The notes beneath the pieces were generated by a model that had not been told where the DNA came from, ran no database searches, and was given only the letters and a program-made list of their open reading frames with translations. From NCBI GenBank assembly GCA_001775395.1, contig MEWP01000069.1, positions 16,114-80,113 of the forward strand: a stretch of DNA of 64,000 nt, written 5' to 3'. The DNA comes from a candidate division Zixibacteria bacterium RBG_16_53_22. Its GTDB lineage: Bacteria > Zixibacteria > MSB-5A5 > UBA10806. Positions 46,529-56,124 of this stretch are shown here, piece by piece. A program made the position numbers and the translations under genes. Every line of letters begins with the position of its first letter. Position 1 is the first letter of the stretch.

Positions 46529-47599
46529 ATGATGAAAATTACGGGATATCAGATGACCGCCAAGGATGCGCCATTTGAAAAAGTGGAATTGCCGGTTTCC
46601 GAAATAAAGGAGGGGGAAGCCCTGGTCGAGGTAGCCGGATGTGGGGTATGCCATACCGATGTAAGTTTCTGGCATCATGGCGTGCCCACCCGCCACCAAT
46701 TGCCGTTGATTTTGGGCCACGAGATTGCCGGCACCGTAATCGAAGGACCGGCGCCTTTGAAAGGGAAGCCTGCCATTGTGCCGGCGGTTCTGCCTTGTGG
46801 TGAATGCGGGCTCTGTAAAAGAGACCGCAGCAATATCTGCCAGAGCCAGAAGATGCCAGGTAACGATTTCCATGGCGGCTTCGCCAGCCATGTACTGGTT
46901 CCTTCGCGCTTCCTTGTGCCTGTCCCAGAATCTGCCCTGGCCGACCATTCGCTGGCTGAACTTGCGGTAATTGCCGATGCCATCTCGACGCCCTATCAGG
47001 TAATCGTCAAAAGCTCTCTGATGCCGGGTGATCTGGCAATCGTAATAGGTGTCGGCGGAATAGGCATTTACGCTGCACAACTGGCGAAAATAATGGGCGG
47101 CAAGCTTATCGCCATAGATATTGCCCAGGAAAAACTGGATCAACTTAAAGCATTCGGCGTTGAAACCACAATCAACGCCAAAGAACTTGACATCAAAGGC
47201 ATCAAGAATCGTGTCAAGGAATACTGCAAGGAATTAGGGGCGCCATCGCATAGTTGGAAAATATACGAAACCTCCGGCACCAAGGCAGGCCAGGATTTGG
47301 CCTTTGCCCTGCTTGGCACAGCCGGGACATTATCTGTTGTCGGCTTCACGCTCGATAAACTGGAACTTCGCTTAAGCAACCTCATGGCATTCGATGCGAC
47401 TCTCATCGGAACCTGGGGTTGTAAGCCGGAACTCTATTCATGCGTCATCGATCTGGTCTCCCAGAAAAAGCTGGCCATCAAGCCGTTTACTGAAACGCGG
47501 CGTCTGTCGCAAATAAATGAGGTGTTTCAGGAGACCATTGGCCATAAGCTCTTAAAAAGAACTGTCCTGGTTCCTGATTTTTTGGATCGGCGACCTTGA
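46529..47599 (+). CDS. had: 6-hydroxycyclohex-1-ene-1-carbonyl-CoA dehydrogenase
   Basis: GCGVCHTD, LGHEIAG, QKMPGNDFHGGFASH, WKIYETSGT, RLSNLMAFDA, WGC; GGAGG RBS. Confidence 0.92.
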   Translation: MMKITGYQMTAKDAPFEKVELPVSEIKEGEALVEVAGCGVCHTDVSFWHHGVPTRHQLPLILGHEIAGTVIEGPAPLKGKPAIVPAVLPCGECGLCKRDRSNICQSQKMPGNDFHGGFASHVLVPSRFLVPVPESALADHSLAELAVIADAISTPYQVIVKSSLMPGDLAIVIGVGGIGIYAAQLAKIMGGKLIAIDIAQEKLDQLKAFGVETTINAKELDIKGIKNRVKEYCKELGAPSHSWKIYETSGTKAGQDLAFALLGTAGTLSVVGFTLDKLELRLSNLMAFDATLIGTWGCKPELYSCVIDLVSQKKLAIKPFTETRRLSQINEVFQETIGHKLLKRTVLVPDFLDRRP

Positions 47600-47655
47600 T
47601 TGGAAAATCATGTGAAGATATTAGGCAATTCAATTGGGAAAAGAGGGATGAAATT

Positions 47656-48753
47656 ATGAATCATGGGCTTTTTAGTCATAACATCGTCGAAACTCAGTTT
47701 AAAGAGATCCTCTACGAGCTTCGCCCCTGCCTTGATAAAAAAGGGAATCCAGCCCCAGGGCTATACAATGCCTGGATAAGTCTGAACAATCCGGCCCAGT
47801 ACAATTCATACACTACGGCTGCAGTGAAGGAAATTATTCTGGCCATGCGCCAGGCCTCAAATGAGCGTTCTGTCGTGGCTATCATCTTTACTGGGGCAGG
47901 CGATAAGGCCTTCTGCACCGGGGGAAACACCAAAGAATATGCCGAATACTATGCCGGTCGGCCCCTTGAATATAAGCAATACATGCGGCTTTTCAATGAC
48001 ATGATAACATCGATTTTGATGAACGATAAGCCCGTGATTTGTCGGGTCAATGGCTTGCGAATAGCCGGAGGCCAGGAGTTAGGCATGGCCTGCGACCTGA
48101 CAATCGCCAGCGACATGGCGGTCTTCGGCCAGGCGGGTCCCAAGCACGGCAGCGCCCCCGATGGCGGCAGCACAGACTTTTTGCATCTTTTCGTAGGCGT
48201 TGAGCGGGCTATGCAAAGCTGCACCTTATGCGAAATGTGGAGCGCCTATGAGGCCAGACAGCTTGGCCTGATCAGCGAAACTGTGCCCGTGCTTAATGTG
48301 AATGGAAAATTCGTCCGCAACCCTCTTGTTACCACCGATCGCTGGCTGGATGATGCGGGAGATATAATCTATGGACACCGGAAGACTGGTGAGGCTTTAA
48401 AGGCGGCCAAGGAGTTGATTTCCCAGGGATGTATCGACCTAAAACCCCTGGATGATGCCGTTAATTCATTGGCAACAAAATTATTATATACCATGCCCGA
48501 TTGTATCAGCAAAACCTTAAATAGTCTCCGAAAGAAAAAACTTGAACATTGGGATCGCAATCAGCAAAGCAATCGCGACTGGCTGGCTTTAAACATGATG
48601 ACCGAGGCCAAGGCCGGTTTTCGGGCATTCAACGAGGGTCCTAAAGACAACCGCGAGGTCGACTTTGTGAAGCTTCGTCAGATGCTCTCAGAGGGGCATC
48701 CCTGGGATGATGAGCTTGTCGAAGCGATCCTGCCGAGGAAAACTGATGGCTGA
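47656..48753 (+). CDS. oah: 6-oxocyclohex-1-ene-1-carbonyl-CoA hydrolase
   Basis: NNPAQYNSYTT, CTGGNTKEYAEYYAG, GSAPDGGSTDFL, WLALNMMTEA. Confidence 0.93.
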   Translation: MNHGLFSHNIVETQFKEILYELRPCLDKKGNPAPGLYNAWISLNNPAQYNSYTTAAVKEIILAMRQASNERSVVAIIFTGAGDKAFCTGGNTKEYAEYYAGRPLEYKQYMRLFNDMITSILMNDKPVICRVNGLRIAGGQELGMACDLTIASDMAVFGQAGPKHGSAPDGGSTDFLHLFVGVERAMQSCTLCEMWSAYEARQLGLISETVPVLNVNGKFVRNPLVTTDRWLDDAGDIIYGHRKTGEALKAAKELISQGCIDLKPLDDAVNSLATKLLYTMPDCISKTLNSLRKKKLEHWDRNQQSNRDWLALNMMTEAKAGFRAFNEGPKDNREVDFVKLRQMLSEGHPWDDELVEAILPRKTDG

Positions 48754-49522
48754 CAAAATTCTCACAGAATATTTTTGCGATCGTCAGGTGGTGCGCATTA
48801 CGCTTAATGCCCCCAAGGCGAATATTCTAGATGCCGCTATGATGAGCGAGATAGCGGCCGAACTGCGCGCTCTAAAGAGCGAACCTGCGGTCAAGCTTTT
48901 GGAATTTTGCGCGACGGGCGATCATTTCAGTTTTGGGGCCAGTGTCCAGGAGCACACCCGCGAACAGGCTCCGCGAATGCTTGATCAATTCCATGGCCTG
49001 TTTCATTCACTTATCGATCTGGCTATTCCCACAGCGGCCCTGGTTTCGGGGCAATGCCTCGGAGGGGCGCTGGAATTGGCCCTGATGTGCAATTTCCTCT
49101 TTGTCGATGAGACTGCCAAGCTTGGACAGCCCGAAATTAATCTGGCCGTTTTCGCGCCGCCCTCGTCTCTTATTCTCCCGCTTAAGATCGGGCAGGCAAG
49201 GGCCGATGCGCTTTTGCTTACGGGCGCCAGCATCAGTGCGGCGGAGGCCCTTGCGGCCGGCCTGGCATTCAGGGTATTTGCATCTCGGGAGGTCATGCAG
49301 CAAAAGGTAGACGAATGGGTTCAAAAGGAAATTCTCCCGAAAAGCGCTTCTTCGCTTCGCTTTGCGGTAAAAGCGGCACGACATTTATTCAACGATGCTC
49401 TCACGGAGCGCCTTAAAAAAGTCGAACGGATGTATTTGTCGGAACTAATGAATACGCATGACGCCAATGAGGGAATTGCGTCGTTTCTGGAGCGCCGTCC
49501 GCCGATCTGGGAAAACAGGTGA
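48746..49522 (+). CDS. dch: cyclohexa-1,5-diene-1-carbonyl-CoA hydratase
   Basis: PKANILD, HFSFGASVQEH, QCLGGALE, GQPEINLAVFAP, THDANEG. Confidence 0.88.
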   Translation: MADKILTEYFCDRQVVRITLNAPKANILDAAMMSEIAAELRALKSEPAVKLLEFCATGDHFSFGASVQEHTREQAPRMLDQFHGLFHSLIDLAIPTAALVSGQCLGGALELALMCNFLFVDETAKLGQPEINLAVFAPPSSLILPLKIGQARADALLLTGASISAAEALAAGLAFRVFASREVMQQKVDEWVQKEILPKSASSLRFAVKAARHLFNDALTERLKKVERMYLSELMNTHDANEGIASFLERRPPIWENR

Positions 49523-49531
49523 ATCTAATAT

Positions 49532-50269
49532 ATGGAATTTGAGGGAAAATCAGTCATTGTCACAGGCGGTGCCCAGGGAATCGGGCAGGCAATCGCCTTG
49601 CGATTTGCATCCGCGGGAGCGCGAATTTCGATATTGGACGTCGACGTCAGCAATGCTTCATTTCCAGGGTTTGAGGATTCGATTTGCCTGTTCTCCGGAG
49701 ATGTCGCCAATTCGCTCGACGTTGAAAGGTTTGTATCAGATGTGGCCAAGAGAACCGGCCGCATTGATATATTGGTAAATAACGCCGGTATCATTCGCGA
49801 CAACGTTATCTGGCGGATGTCCGAAGATGAATTTGATTCGGTTTTGCGGGTAAATCTCAAAGGTCCGTGGCTCTTAAGCAAACAGGTGATTCCCATTATG
49901 AAAGGCCAGGATTACGGGCGAATCGTCAATATTGTCTCGCGCGCCTGGCTTGGAAATTTCGGCCAATCCAATTATTCCTCGTCAAAGGGGGGGCTGGTTA
50001 GTTTAACGCGGGTGTTGGCCCTGGAACTGGCCCGCTTCAATATCACTGTCAATGCTGTGGCTCCAGGATTGATTGATACGCCGATGACCCGAAGCCTTTC
50101 GCCAGAGACATTCGATAAACTTATAGCGGCCCAGCCCGGCAAACGTGCCGGCAAACCCGAGGATATCGCCCACGCGGTGGCCTTTTTTGCATCTCAGGAG
50201 GCAGGCTTTATCTCCGGCCAGGTGCTCCATGTCGATGGTGGCAAGAGCATTGGATCGACAGTTTTCTAA
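49532..50269 (+). CDS. SDR-family 3-oxoacyl-CoA/ACP reductase (FabG-like)
   Basis: TGGAQGIG, NNAG, YSSSK, NAVAPG. Confidence 0.88.
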   Translation: MEFEGKSVIVTGGAQGIGQAIALRFASAGARISILDVDVSNASFPGFEDSICLFSGDVANSLDVERFVSDVAKRTGRIDILVNNAGIIRDNVIWRMSEDEFDSVLRVNLKGPWLLSKQVIPIMKGQDYGRIVNIVSRAWLGNFGQSNYSSSKGGLVSLTRVLALELARFNITVNAVAPGLIDTPMTRSLSPETFDKLIAAQPGKRAGKPEDIAHAVAFFASQEAGFISGQVLHVDGGKSIGSTVF

Positions 50270-50296
50270 AATGGAGATGATAGGAGGCACGAAACT

Positions 50297-51472
50297 GTGA
50301 GAAATGTCTATCTGCTTGATGGCTGTCGGTCTCCGATTGGCCGGGGGCATCCCGAGAAGGGAATGTACCGTAATATCCGGGCCGATGACCTCCTGGCACA
50401 AATTCTAATAAGACTTCTCAATAGACTACAAGTTGATCCTGCCAAGATCGATGATTTCTATCTGGGATGCGTCGGTCAGCATCTGGAACAGGGGAAAAAT
50501 CTGGCGCGATTAGTCATATTGCTTGCCGGTCTGCCGGAGACTATTCCCGGTGTCACCATAAATCGTCTGTGTGCCTCAAGCCTTACCGCCCTACAGATGG
50601 CTGGCGACAGCATTCATTCTGGAACCAACGAGCTTGTCATGGTGGCCGGCGTCGAACACATGGGGCATATCCCCATGGCCGCAGCACTCGATTATCATCC
50701 CCGGCTTTTTGCCGAAAGCGAATTTCAATGGACCAATATGGGTTTAACTGCGGAAAAGCTTGCCACCAGGTATTGTATCTCGCGGGATGAACAGGACGAT
50801 TTCACATTGGAGAGCAATCGCCGCTATTTCAAATCCCGCGAAAATGGCCATTTCGATAACGAAGTTGTTCCCGTGGTATCGAAGGACGGCACCCTCATTT
50901 CTACCGACGAAGAACCACGCTTATCAACTTTGGAAACGCTTTCGATGCTGAAGACGGCATTCAAAGAGAATGGTACGGTAACTGCCGCAAATAGCTCTGG
51001 CATATCCGATGGAGCCTGCGCCGCGTTGGTTTGCGGCGAGGATTTTGCCGATGCCCTGTCAATCCAACCGCTTGCGAGAATAACGACCACGGCCAATATC
51101 GGCCTTGACCCCACGATGATGGGACTTGGCCCCGTGCCTGCCATCAGGAAACTCCTAAAGAATACCGGATTGTCGCTTGACGACATCGATTTGTTTGAAA
51201 TAAACGAAGCTTTTGCAGTTCAAGTGCTGGCCTGCCAAAGGGAACTTGGTATTGACTCCAACCGCCTTAATATCAAGGGCGGAGCAGTGGCCCTGGGGCA
51301 CCCACTCGGCATGTCGGGGCTGAGGATAGCTGTTTCATTGGCTCATACAATGAAAAGCAGCAATGTTAGCCGGGGCATTGCCGCCATGTGCGTCGGGCAC
51401 GGCCAAGGCGTGGCAATGCTTTTGGAAAGAGGCCCAAGTATCAATTCCACCCTTCCGGGGGCCAACGAATGA
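50297..51472 (+). CDS. thiolase (acetyl-CoA C-acyltransferase)
   Basis: NRLCASS, NEAF, GHPLG, MCVGHG; GTG start with GGAGG RBS. Confidence 0.9.
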   Translation: MRNVYLLDGCRSPIGRGHPEKGMYRNIRADDLLAQILIRLLNRLQVDPAKIDDFYLGCVGQHLEQGKNLARLVILLAGLPETIPGVTINRLCASSLTALQMAGDSIHSGTNELVMVAGVEHMGHIPMAAALDYHPRLFAESEFQWTNMGLTAEKLATRYCISRDEQDDFTLESNRRYFKSRENGHFDNEVVPVVSKDGTLISTDEEPRLSTLETLSMLKTAFKENGTVTAANSSGISDGACAALVCGEDFADALSIQPLARITTTANIGLDPTMMGLGPVPAIRKLLKNTGLSLDDIDLFEINEAFAVQVLACQRELGIDSNRLNIKGGAVALGHPLGMSGLRIAVSLAHTMKSSNVSRGIAAMCVGHGQGVAMLLERGPSINSTLPGANE

Positions 51473-51503
51473 CTAAATCAATGAGGACGAACTCCCGAGG
51501 AGG

Positions 51504-52721
51504 ATGGGAATGAAAGATATCCCCGTAGCTTATTCGCGGGCTCGCATACCTTATGGAACATGGGGCAGCAGCTATTTCCCGGCCTGGCAAACATCCCCCC
51601 TGGCTGAGGTCAATATCGGCCAGTTTGCAGGAGAGTCGATGAATCGAATCATGGGATTGAGAAAAGTCCCAATCGATGAAATGGATATTCTGATAATTGG
51701 CTCGACCATCCCCTGGCACTGGAAATTTTGGACAGCCCCCGTGGTGGCTAGTTGTATGGATCACCGAATTCCTGGTTATCATGTCGAACAAGCCTGCGCC
51801 ACCGGGCTTCAGGCTGTAATGGTTGCCGCTGCCGAAGTTGAATCCGGCTCTCATGATGTTGTCGGCGTGCTGACATTCGATCGCACCTCCGATTCGCCGG
51901 TGGGGGTATTCCCAGAACGGCGTACATATCAACGTACATACGCGCTTTCCGATGTCTGGGACAATTTCGGTTTCGACCCCGCCACCGGCAAGGCCATGCT
52001 CACTTGTGCGGGCTTGGCAGCTCGAAAATACCGCCTCGATCGACGGGAAGTTGATGAGTCAGCGGCGTTCCGCTATGAGCAATATTTTAATGCCAAGGCC
52101 AAGGGATTCTTAAATAAGGTCCTTGTTCCCCTTGAGATATTGAATATTCAGGGCAAATCAATGGGCTGGATTGATGATGACCTTGGTGTCCGCCGGGTTA
52201 CTGTAGCCGGCTTAACGTCTATGAGGGAGCTTGATACCTGCGTGACACCGGGAACACAAACTCACGCTTCCGATGGTATGGCAACGCTTCTTGTCACCGG
52301 CCCCGAAAAAGCCCGGCAGCTCAGCCTTAGGCCCGAGATCGATATTCAGTTTGTCGGCAAAACTGAAATCCGCGCCTATCCAAGCCTGATGCCTGAAGCC
52401 CCGGCTCTGGCAGTTCAAAAGCTGCTCCAGCGCACGGGCCTGACCATGTCCGATATAGTGGTTGCCAAAGATCATAATCCATTTGCCGTCAATGATATCA
52501 TTTTCTCAAAGCTTCTTAATTATGATTGGAAGAATATGAACAACAACGGCTGCCCATTAGTCTGGGGTCATCCACAGGGTCCGACTCTGACCCGGGTTAT
52601 CATTGAGGGCCTGGAAGAGGCCGTGGAATTAGGCGGCGGCTATGTCCTGATATTTGGTTGTGCTGCAGGCGATGTCGGCATAGCGGCAATCTTCAAAGTG
52701 AGCGATGGAGGCATGAGATAG
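51504..52721 (+). CDS. divergent thiolase-family protein
   Basis: QACATG, HNPF in place of NEAF, GHPQGPT, GCAAGD. Confidence 0.8.
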   Translation: MGMKDIPVAYSRARIPYGTWGSSYFPAWQTSPLAEVNIGQFAGESMNRIMGLRKVPIDEMDILIIGSTIPWHWKFWTAPVVASCMDHRIPGYHVEQACATGLQAVMVAAAEVESGSHDVVGVLTFDRTSDSPVGVFPERRTYQRTYALSDVWDNFGFDPATGKAMLTCAGLAARKYRLDRREVDESAAFRYEQYFNAKAKGFLNKVLVPLEILNIQGKSMGWIDDDLGVRRVTVAGLTSMRELDTCVTPGTQTHASDGMATLLVTGPEKARQLSLRPEIDIQFVGKTEIRAYPSLMPEAPALAVQKLLQRTGLTMSDIVVAKDHNPFAVNDIIFSKLLNYDWKNMNNNGCPLVWGHPQGPTLTRVIIEGLEEAVELGGGYVLIFGCAAGDVGIAAIFKVSDGGMR

Positions 52722-54802
52722 TGAAAGCGATGAGACAATCGACCCTCGAAACGTTGGGATTGGGAACGGTTTTGGAGATATTCCGGCGAGGCTCATTGCC
52801 TGCTAATATCAATACATTGACTGACGAGATATTTGGCGATGCTAATTCGCGCGGCGCCTTAGTTATCTCAGGTGCTAATGGAATTGTCGGCGCTGGGAAA
52901 ATGATGCAACTGGGCTCGCGTCTCATCCCCTCTGGCGTTACCATGGTAGGGCTTGATTTCGCCGGTGCGCCCGATGGCATCGGACAGCAGTATCAGTCGC
53001 TTATGGCGGCATTCGGGAAGCCAAAGGCCGACGCCATTATGTCGGATATCATAAGATTCAATTATGACGGCCGCTCGCTGCCGAGGAGGCTCCGCGAGCT
53101 TCGTCCGCGCTTCTTGCTCGAGGCCATACCAGAGATAATTGACGTCAAAAAATCCCACTATGCCATCTTCAGACAAACTTTTCCCGATATTGAGATCCGC
53201 TCGGTCACATCCGGATTTCCCAGCGCCGAGCTTGGTGTGGGTATAGCTCATCCGGCCTTCCCCCACGAAATCAATAAAATCTGGGAGACTGTCGAGGAAA
53301 AGCCCTCGGCCATCACCCACCTTTTCTGGGCAATGGGACTGGTGCCAATTCCTGTCAGCGACCACTGGTCTTTTGTGCTTGATGTTCTTTTCTGCGGCCT
53401 GACCCTTGCCGCTCTTCGCTACCATAAAGTATCAAATACGCCCTACTGGAAAATTGACAAATATGTCCGCCGCACCCTGGGCCCAAACCCCTTCAGGGCC
53501 CACGACGCCATTGGCGCCAGGGGAGCGAATTTCCTAACCTGGTCATGTCTCTATCACCTTTCCCAGGAATACGGCCCTCTCTTTGCTCCCAGCAAAGATT
53601 TGGAGTACCATAAGGATTCCGGCCAGGATTGGTACCCCCTCAATCATTTCCGGCCGTTAGTGAACTGGCAATTATCAAACGAGGCGAACGATGAATTTTC
53701 AGATTGGATTTTGGGGCCGATTATCCAGATGACCAGCCTTATGCTTTACGAGAAACGCTCCCACTTATCGCATATTAATGCCATAGGCGAATTGTGCGCC
53801 CAATTCCGCAAGGGCATCCTCGCAGTCATCCGAAATATGGGGGCGGATGCGGCCATTGAGAGAGTGCAGGCCTATCACCGGCTCTATCCTCAGGCAGCTA
53901 CCGGATGCTGGTATCCCCAAACTCTGGCTTCGCTTGACGAGGCTTCATGGCAGCAGCTTTATGTCAACGCCGAACATGATGGCGAGGTTGGGGTAATAAG
54001 CATTAGCCGTGAAAGCTATAATTCCGATGTCGATGCCGAGCTTAACAGGGCAATCGATTGGCTTAAATCCGAAAAAATCGCTAATGTGATTATAACAAGC
54101 GATTTTCATCTTTCAACTCAAATGGTCGGCGCCGATACAGACGAGTTCTATCCGGCGCTAAGGGATGCCGCTCGTGGAATTGCCATCTCAAGTTCATGGT
54201 CGAAAACCGCCAGACGATTGTATGAGGATTTTAGTATTTCAGTGGGCGTTATCAATGGCAAGCGCTGCCTGGGCGGGATGCTGGAGCTTATGATGCATTG
54301 CCATTACCTGATAGCTGTCGAGGATGCCTCTTTGGGCATGCCGGAGGTGACTCTACCTGTCATTCCCGGCATGGAAGGGTGCCACTGGCCCCTGCGTAAG
54401 GCCTCAAGCAAAGATCGTCCGAAGATACTTCATATGCTCTTGACCGGGCAGAATGTGAAAGCCAAAGACGCAATGGAATGGCTTGTCGATTTTGCAGGCC
54501 CGATTGATGATTGCCTAAAAATGGCCTGGAAACTTGTCGTCACGAAAGATCAAAGATTGGTTTCAAGAAGCGTATACGAGGATACAATCGATATTGTTGT
54601 TGATATTAATCTGCCTGTAGCGCAAAATCCGGCGATAGAATCAGCACGCAAAGCCATAATCGACTGTATTCGCCAATCATGCAATGTGCCTTTAAAAGAA
54701 GCGTTGGCAATTCAGGCCAAGCATTCTGGCGTTTTCATGGCTGGCCCAATATGCAATAATGGGGTTATCGGCAACGATGCAGCCAAGGTTTTGGGAGCCT
54801 AG
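52721..54802 (+). CDS. 3-hydroxyacyl-CoA dehydrogenase-like / enoyl-CoA hydratase fusion (N-terminal HADH-like, C-terminal crotonase)
   Basis: GANGIVG, EAIPE, SVTSGFP; C-terminal CLGGMLE and GMPEV crotonase motifs; GTG start overlapping the upstream TAG, GGAGG RBS. Confidence 0.72.
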   Translation: MKAMRQSTLETLGLGTVLEIFRRGSLPANINTLTDEIFGDANSRGALVISGANGIVGAGKMMQLGSRLIPSGVTMVGLDFAGAPDGIGQQYQSLMAAFGKPKADAIMSDIIRFNYDGRSLPRRLRELRPRFLLEAIPEIIDVKKSHYAIFRQTFPDIEIRSVTSGFPSAELGVGIAHPAFPHEINKIWETVEEKPSAITHLFWAMGLVPIPVSDHWSFVLDVLFCGLTLAALRYHKVSNTPYWKIDKYVRRTLGPNPFRAHDAIGARGANFLTWSCLYHLSQEYGPLFAPSKDLEYHKDSGQDWYPLNHFRPLVNWQLSNEANDEFSDWILGPIIQMTSLMLYEKRSHLSHINAIGELCAQFRKGILAVIRNMGADAAIERVQAYHRLYPQAATGCWYPQTLASLDEASWQQLYVNAEHDGEVGVISISRESYNSDVDAELNRAIDWLKSEKIANVIITSDFHLSTQMVGADTDEFYPALRDAARGIAISSSWSKTARRLYEDFSISVGVINGKRCLGGMLELMMHCHYLIAVEDASLGMPEVTLPVIPGMEGCHWPLRKASSKDRPKILHMLLTGQNVKAKDAMEWLVDFAGPIDDCLKMAWKLVVTKDQRLVSRSVYEDTIDIVVDINLPVAQNPAIESARKAIIDCIRQSCNVPLKEALAIQAKHSGVFMAGPICNNGVIGNDAAKVLGA

Positions 54803-54923
54803 AAAGCGGTGGTCTGATATATATCTTTTGCAATAATGTGAATGAATCAAGCCTGCTGATTGGCATCTGAATTATCAATTTCAGTTTTTGCAATTCAAAA
54901 AGCACAAATTATACGCCAGTACC

Positions 54924-55137
54924 TATGATACTTCATACTGCCGATGACACCGTTTGTCCAGCCGTTAATTTGCCTTTGAGCACTTCATAAGAAGCTTTCC
55001 CGTTTGAGGATCAGAGTCGCGTAATTTAAGACCCTTAGCTTCCAGCGTATTTCCCAGTCAGTCTTCACCGTCATGCCTGCCACCAGTTAACCCTCCAAAT
55101 CTTATCAATAGTGTCAATCGAAATCAGAAGTTTCGCA
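54924..55137 (-). mobile_element. internally deleted IS481-family-like element (about 214 bp)
   Basis: Minus strand reads MAGMTVKTDWEIRWKLRVLNYA (IS481-like N-terminus), then in another frame GKASYEVLKGKL (C-terminus-like); imperfect 26-bp inverted ends ending in TGACA. Confidence 0.5.
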
Positions 55138-55171
55138 GTTGACGTGGCGGTATTATGGATAAATGTAACTT

Positions 55172-55402
55172 CTTGTAAGTCCTTGAAAGATAATAGCGGC
55201 GCAGGGATTCGAACCCCGGACACGAGGATTATGATTCCCAGCCGAAGAAATATAATAAATTACGGGTAATCATCGACTTGTATACGGCCAGAGAAAAATG
55301 AGGATTTTTGCTGATGGCATTAAGAGGACCATTCATGCTCGATGAAATGCAGAGCATGGCCAATTAAGTATTTTGAGCACCAGACAGCACCGGAAAGCAG
55401 CA
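55172..55402. repeat. 231-bp direct repeat (beta end), copy 2
   Basis: Matches 16563-16793 with 3 mismatches. Confidence 0.93.
55194..55238 (-). repeat. tRNA-Met 3' fragment, att core (island I/II junction)
   Basis: Exact 45-bp match to 62697-62741. Confidence 0.93.
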
Positions 55403-55611
55403 GTCAATGGTATTGTAAAGCAAGCGGTTGAACTCTTTGTGAATTAGCCGTAACAAAGGGCGACCGGCATACTCTGATCCTCTGCCGACTGGTTTTTGCC
55501 CACTTGAACATTATGATTCTCATATTACTGACTTTCGGGTCCCAATCCCGAAATACTCTTTCCAGAGCTATATTCAATGTGCCACTGACAACTACTGTCA
55601 GTGGGCAAAAT

Positions 55612-55645
55612 AAAAAACGGGCACCCGAAGAAATCCTGGTGCCCG
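55612..55645 (-). terminator. probable intrinsic terminator of the Rrf2 gene
   Basis: CGGGCACC/GGTGCCCG 8-bp stem followed by T6 on the minus strand. Confidence 0.6.
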
Positions 55646-55668
55646 CCCGAATGACTAAAAGAGGGGCC

Positions 55669-56124
55669 TTAAGCCTTGAGAACTTTCGCCTTGCGGCCAT
55701 TGCGGCCCGGGTAGAACTTCTCGTAAGGGATATTCCCGAAGTTGACGGCCCCCAAATCCCGCACTAACCCTCGTTTAATCCGATCAAACTGCTTAAAGGC
55801 CGGGCATCTGCCCTTGCGGTGGCCGGACCGCTTGGCCTCAGGTATGGTGCAGTTGGCTGGCTCAAGGGGGCCGTCGATGGCCTCGATGACCTGCAGGAAA
55901 GTAATATCCTTCCGCGGCCGGGCCAGTTGGTAACCCCCCGCCACCCCCCTTACGCTCTTCAGGAATCCCTGCCGAACCAGCGCCTTGAGGACCTTGGCCA
56001 GGTATTCCCGGGGGATACCCTCGGCTCGGGCGATCTCGTTGATCGAGGCCAGCCCCCTGTCCTCCAGGGAGGCCACGAAGAATAGGGCGTGCAGGGCGTA
56101 GTCAGCTTTCTTGGTGATTCTCAT
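55669..56124 (-). CDS. Rrf2-family transcriptional regulator (RsrR-like ligand pattern)
   Basis: ADYALHAL, YLAKVL, SVRGVAGGYQLAR wHTH; D8, H12, C92, C107. Confidence 0.9.
   Translation of the reverse strand: MRITKKADYALHALFFVASLEDRGLASINEIARAEGIPREYLAKVLKALVRQGFLKSVRGVAGGYQLARPRKDITFLQVIEAIDGPLEPANCTIPEAKRSGHRKGRCPAFKQFDRIKRGLVRDLGAVNFGNIPYEKFYPGRNGRKAKVLKA

Larger units (their letters stand above)
16630..55193. mobile_element. island II of the tRNA-Met tandem array (38.6 kb; redox complex plus aromatic degradation)
   Basis: Bounded by att cores at 16585 and 55194; no integrase inside. Confidence 0.72.

Noticed and set aside
55404-55700. 98-aa and 87-aa ORFs downstream of the Rrf2 gene
   Set aside because: No motifs or RBS; they overlap terminator hairpins and the island end.
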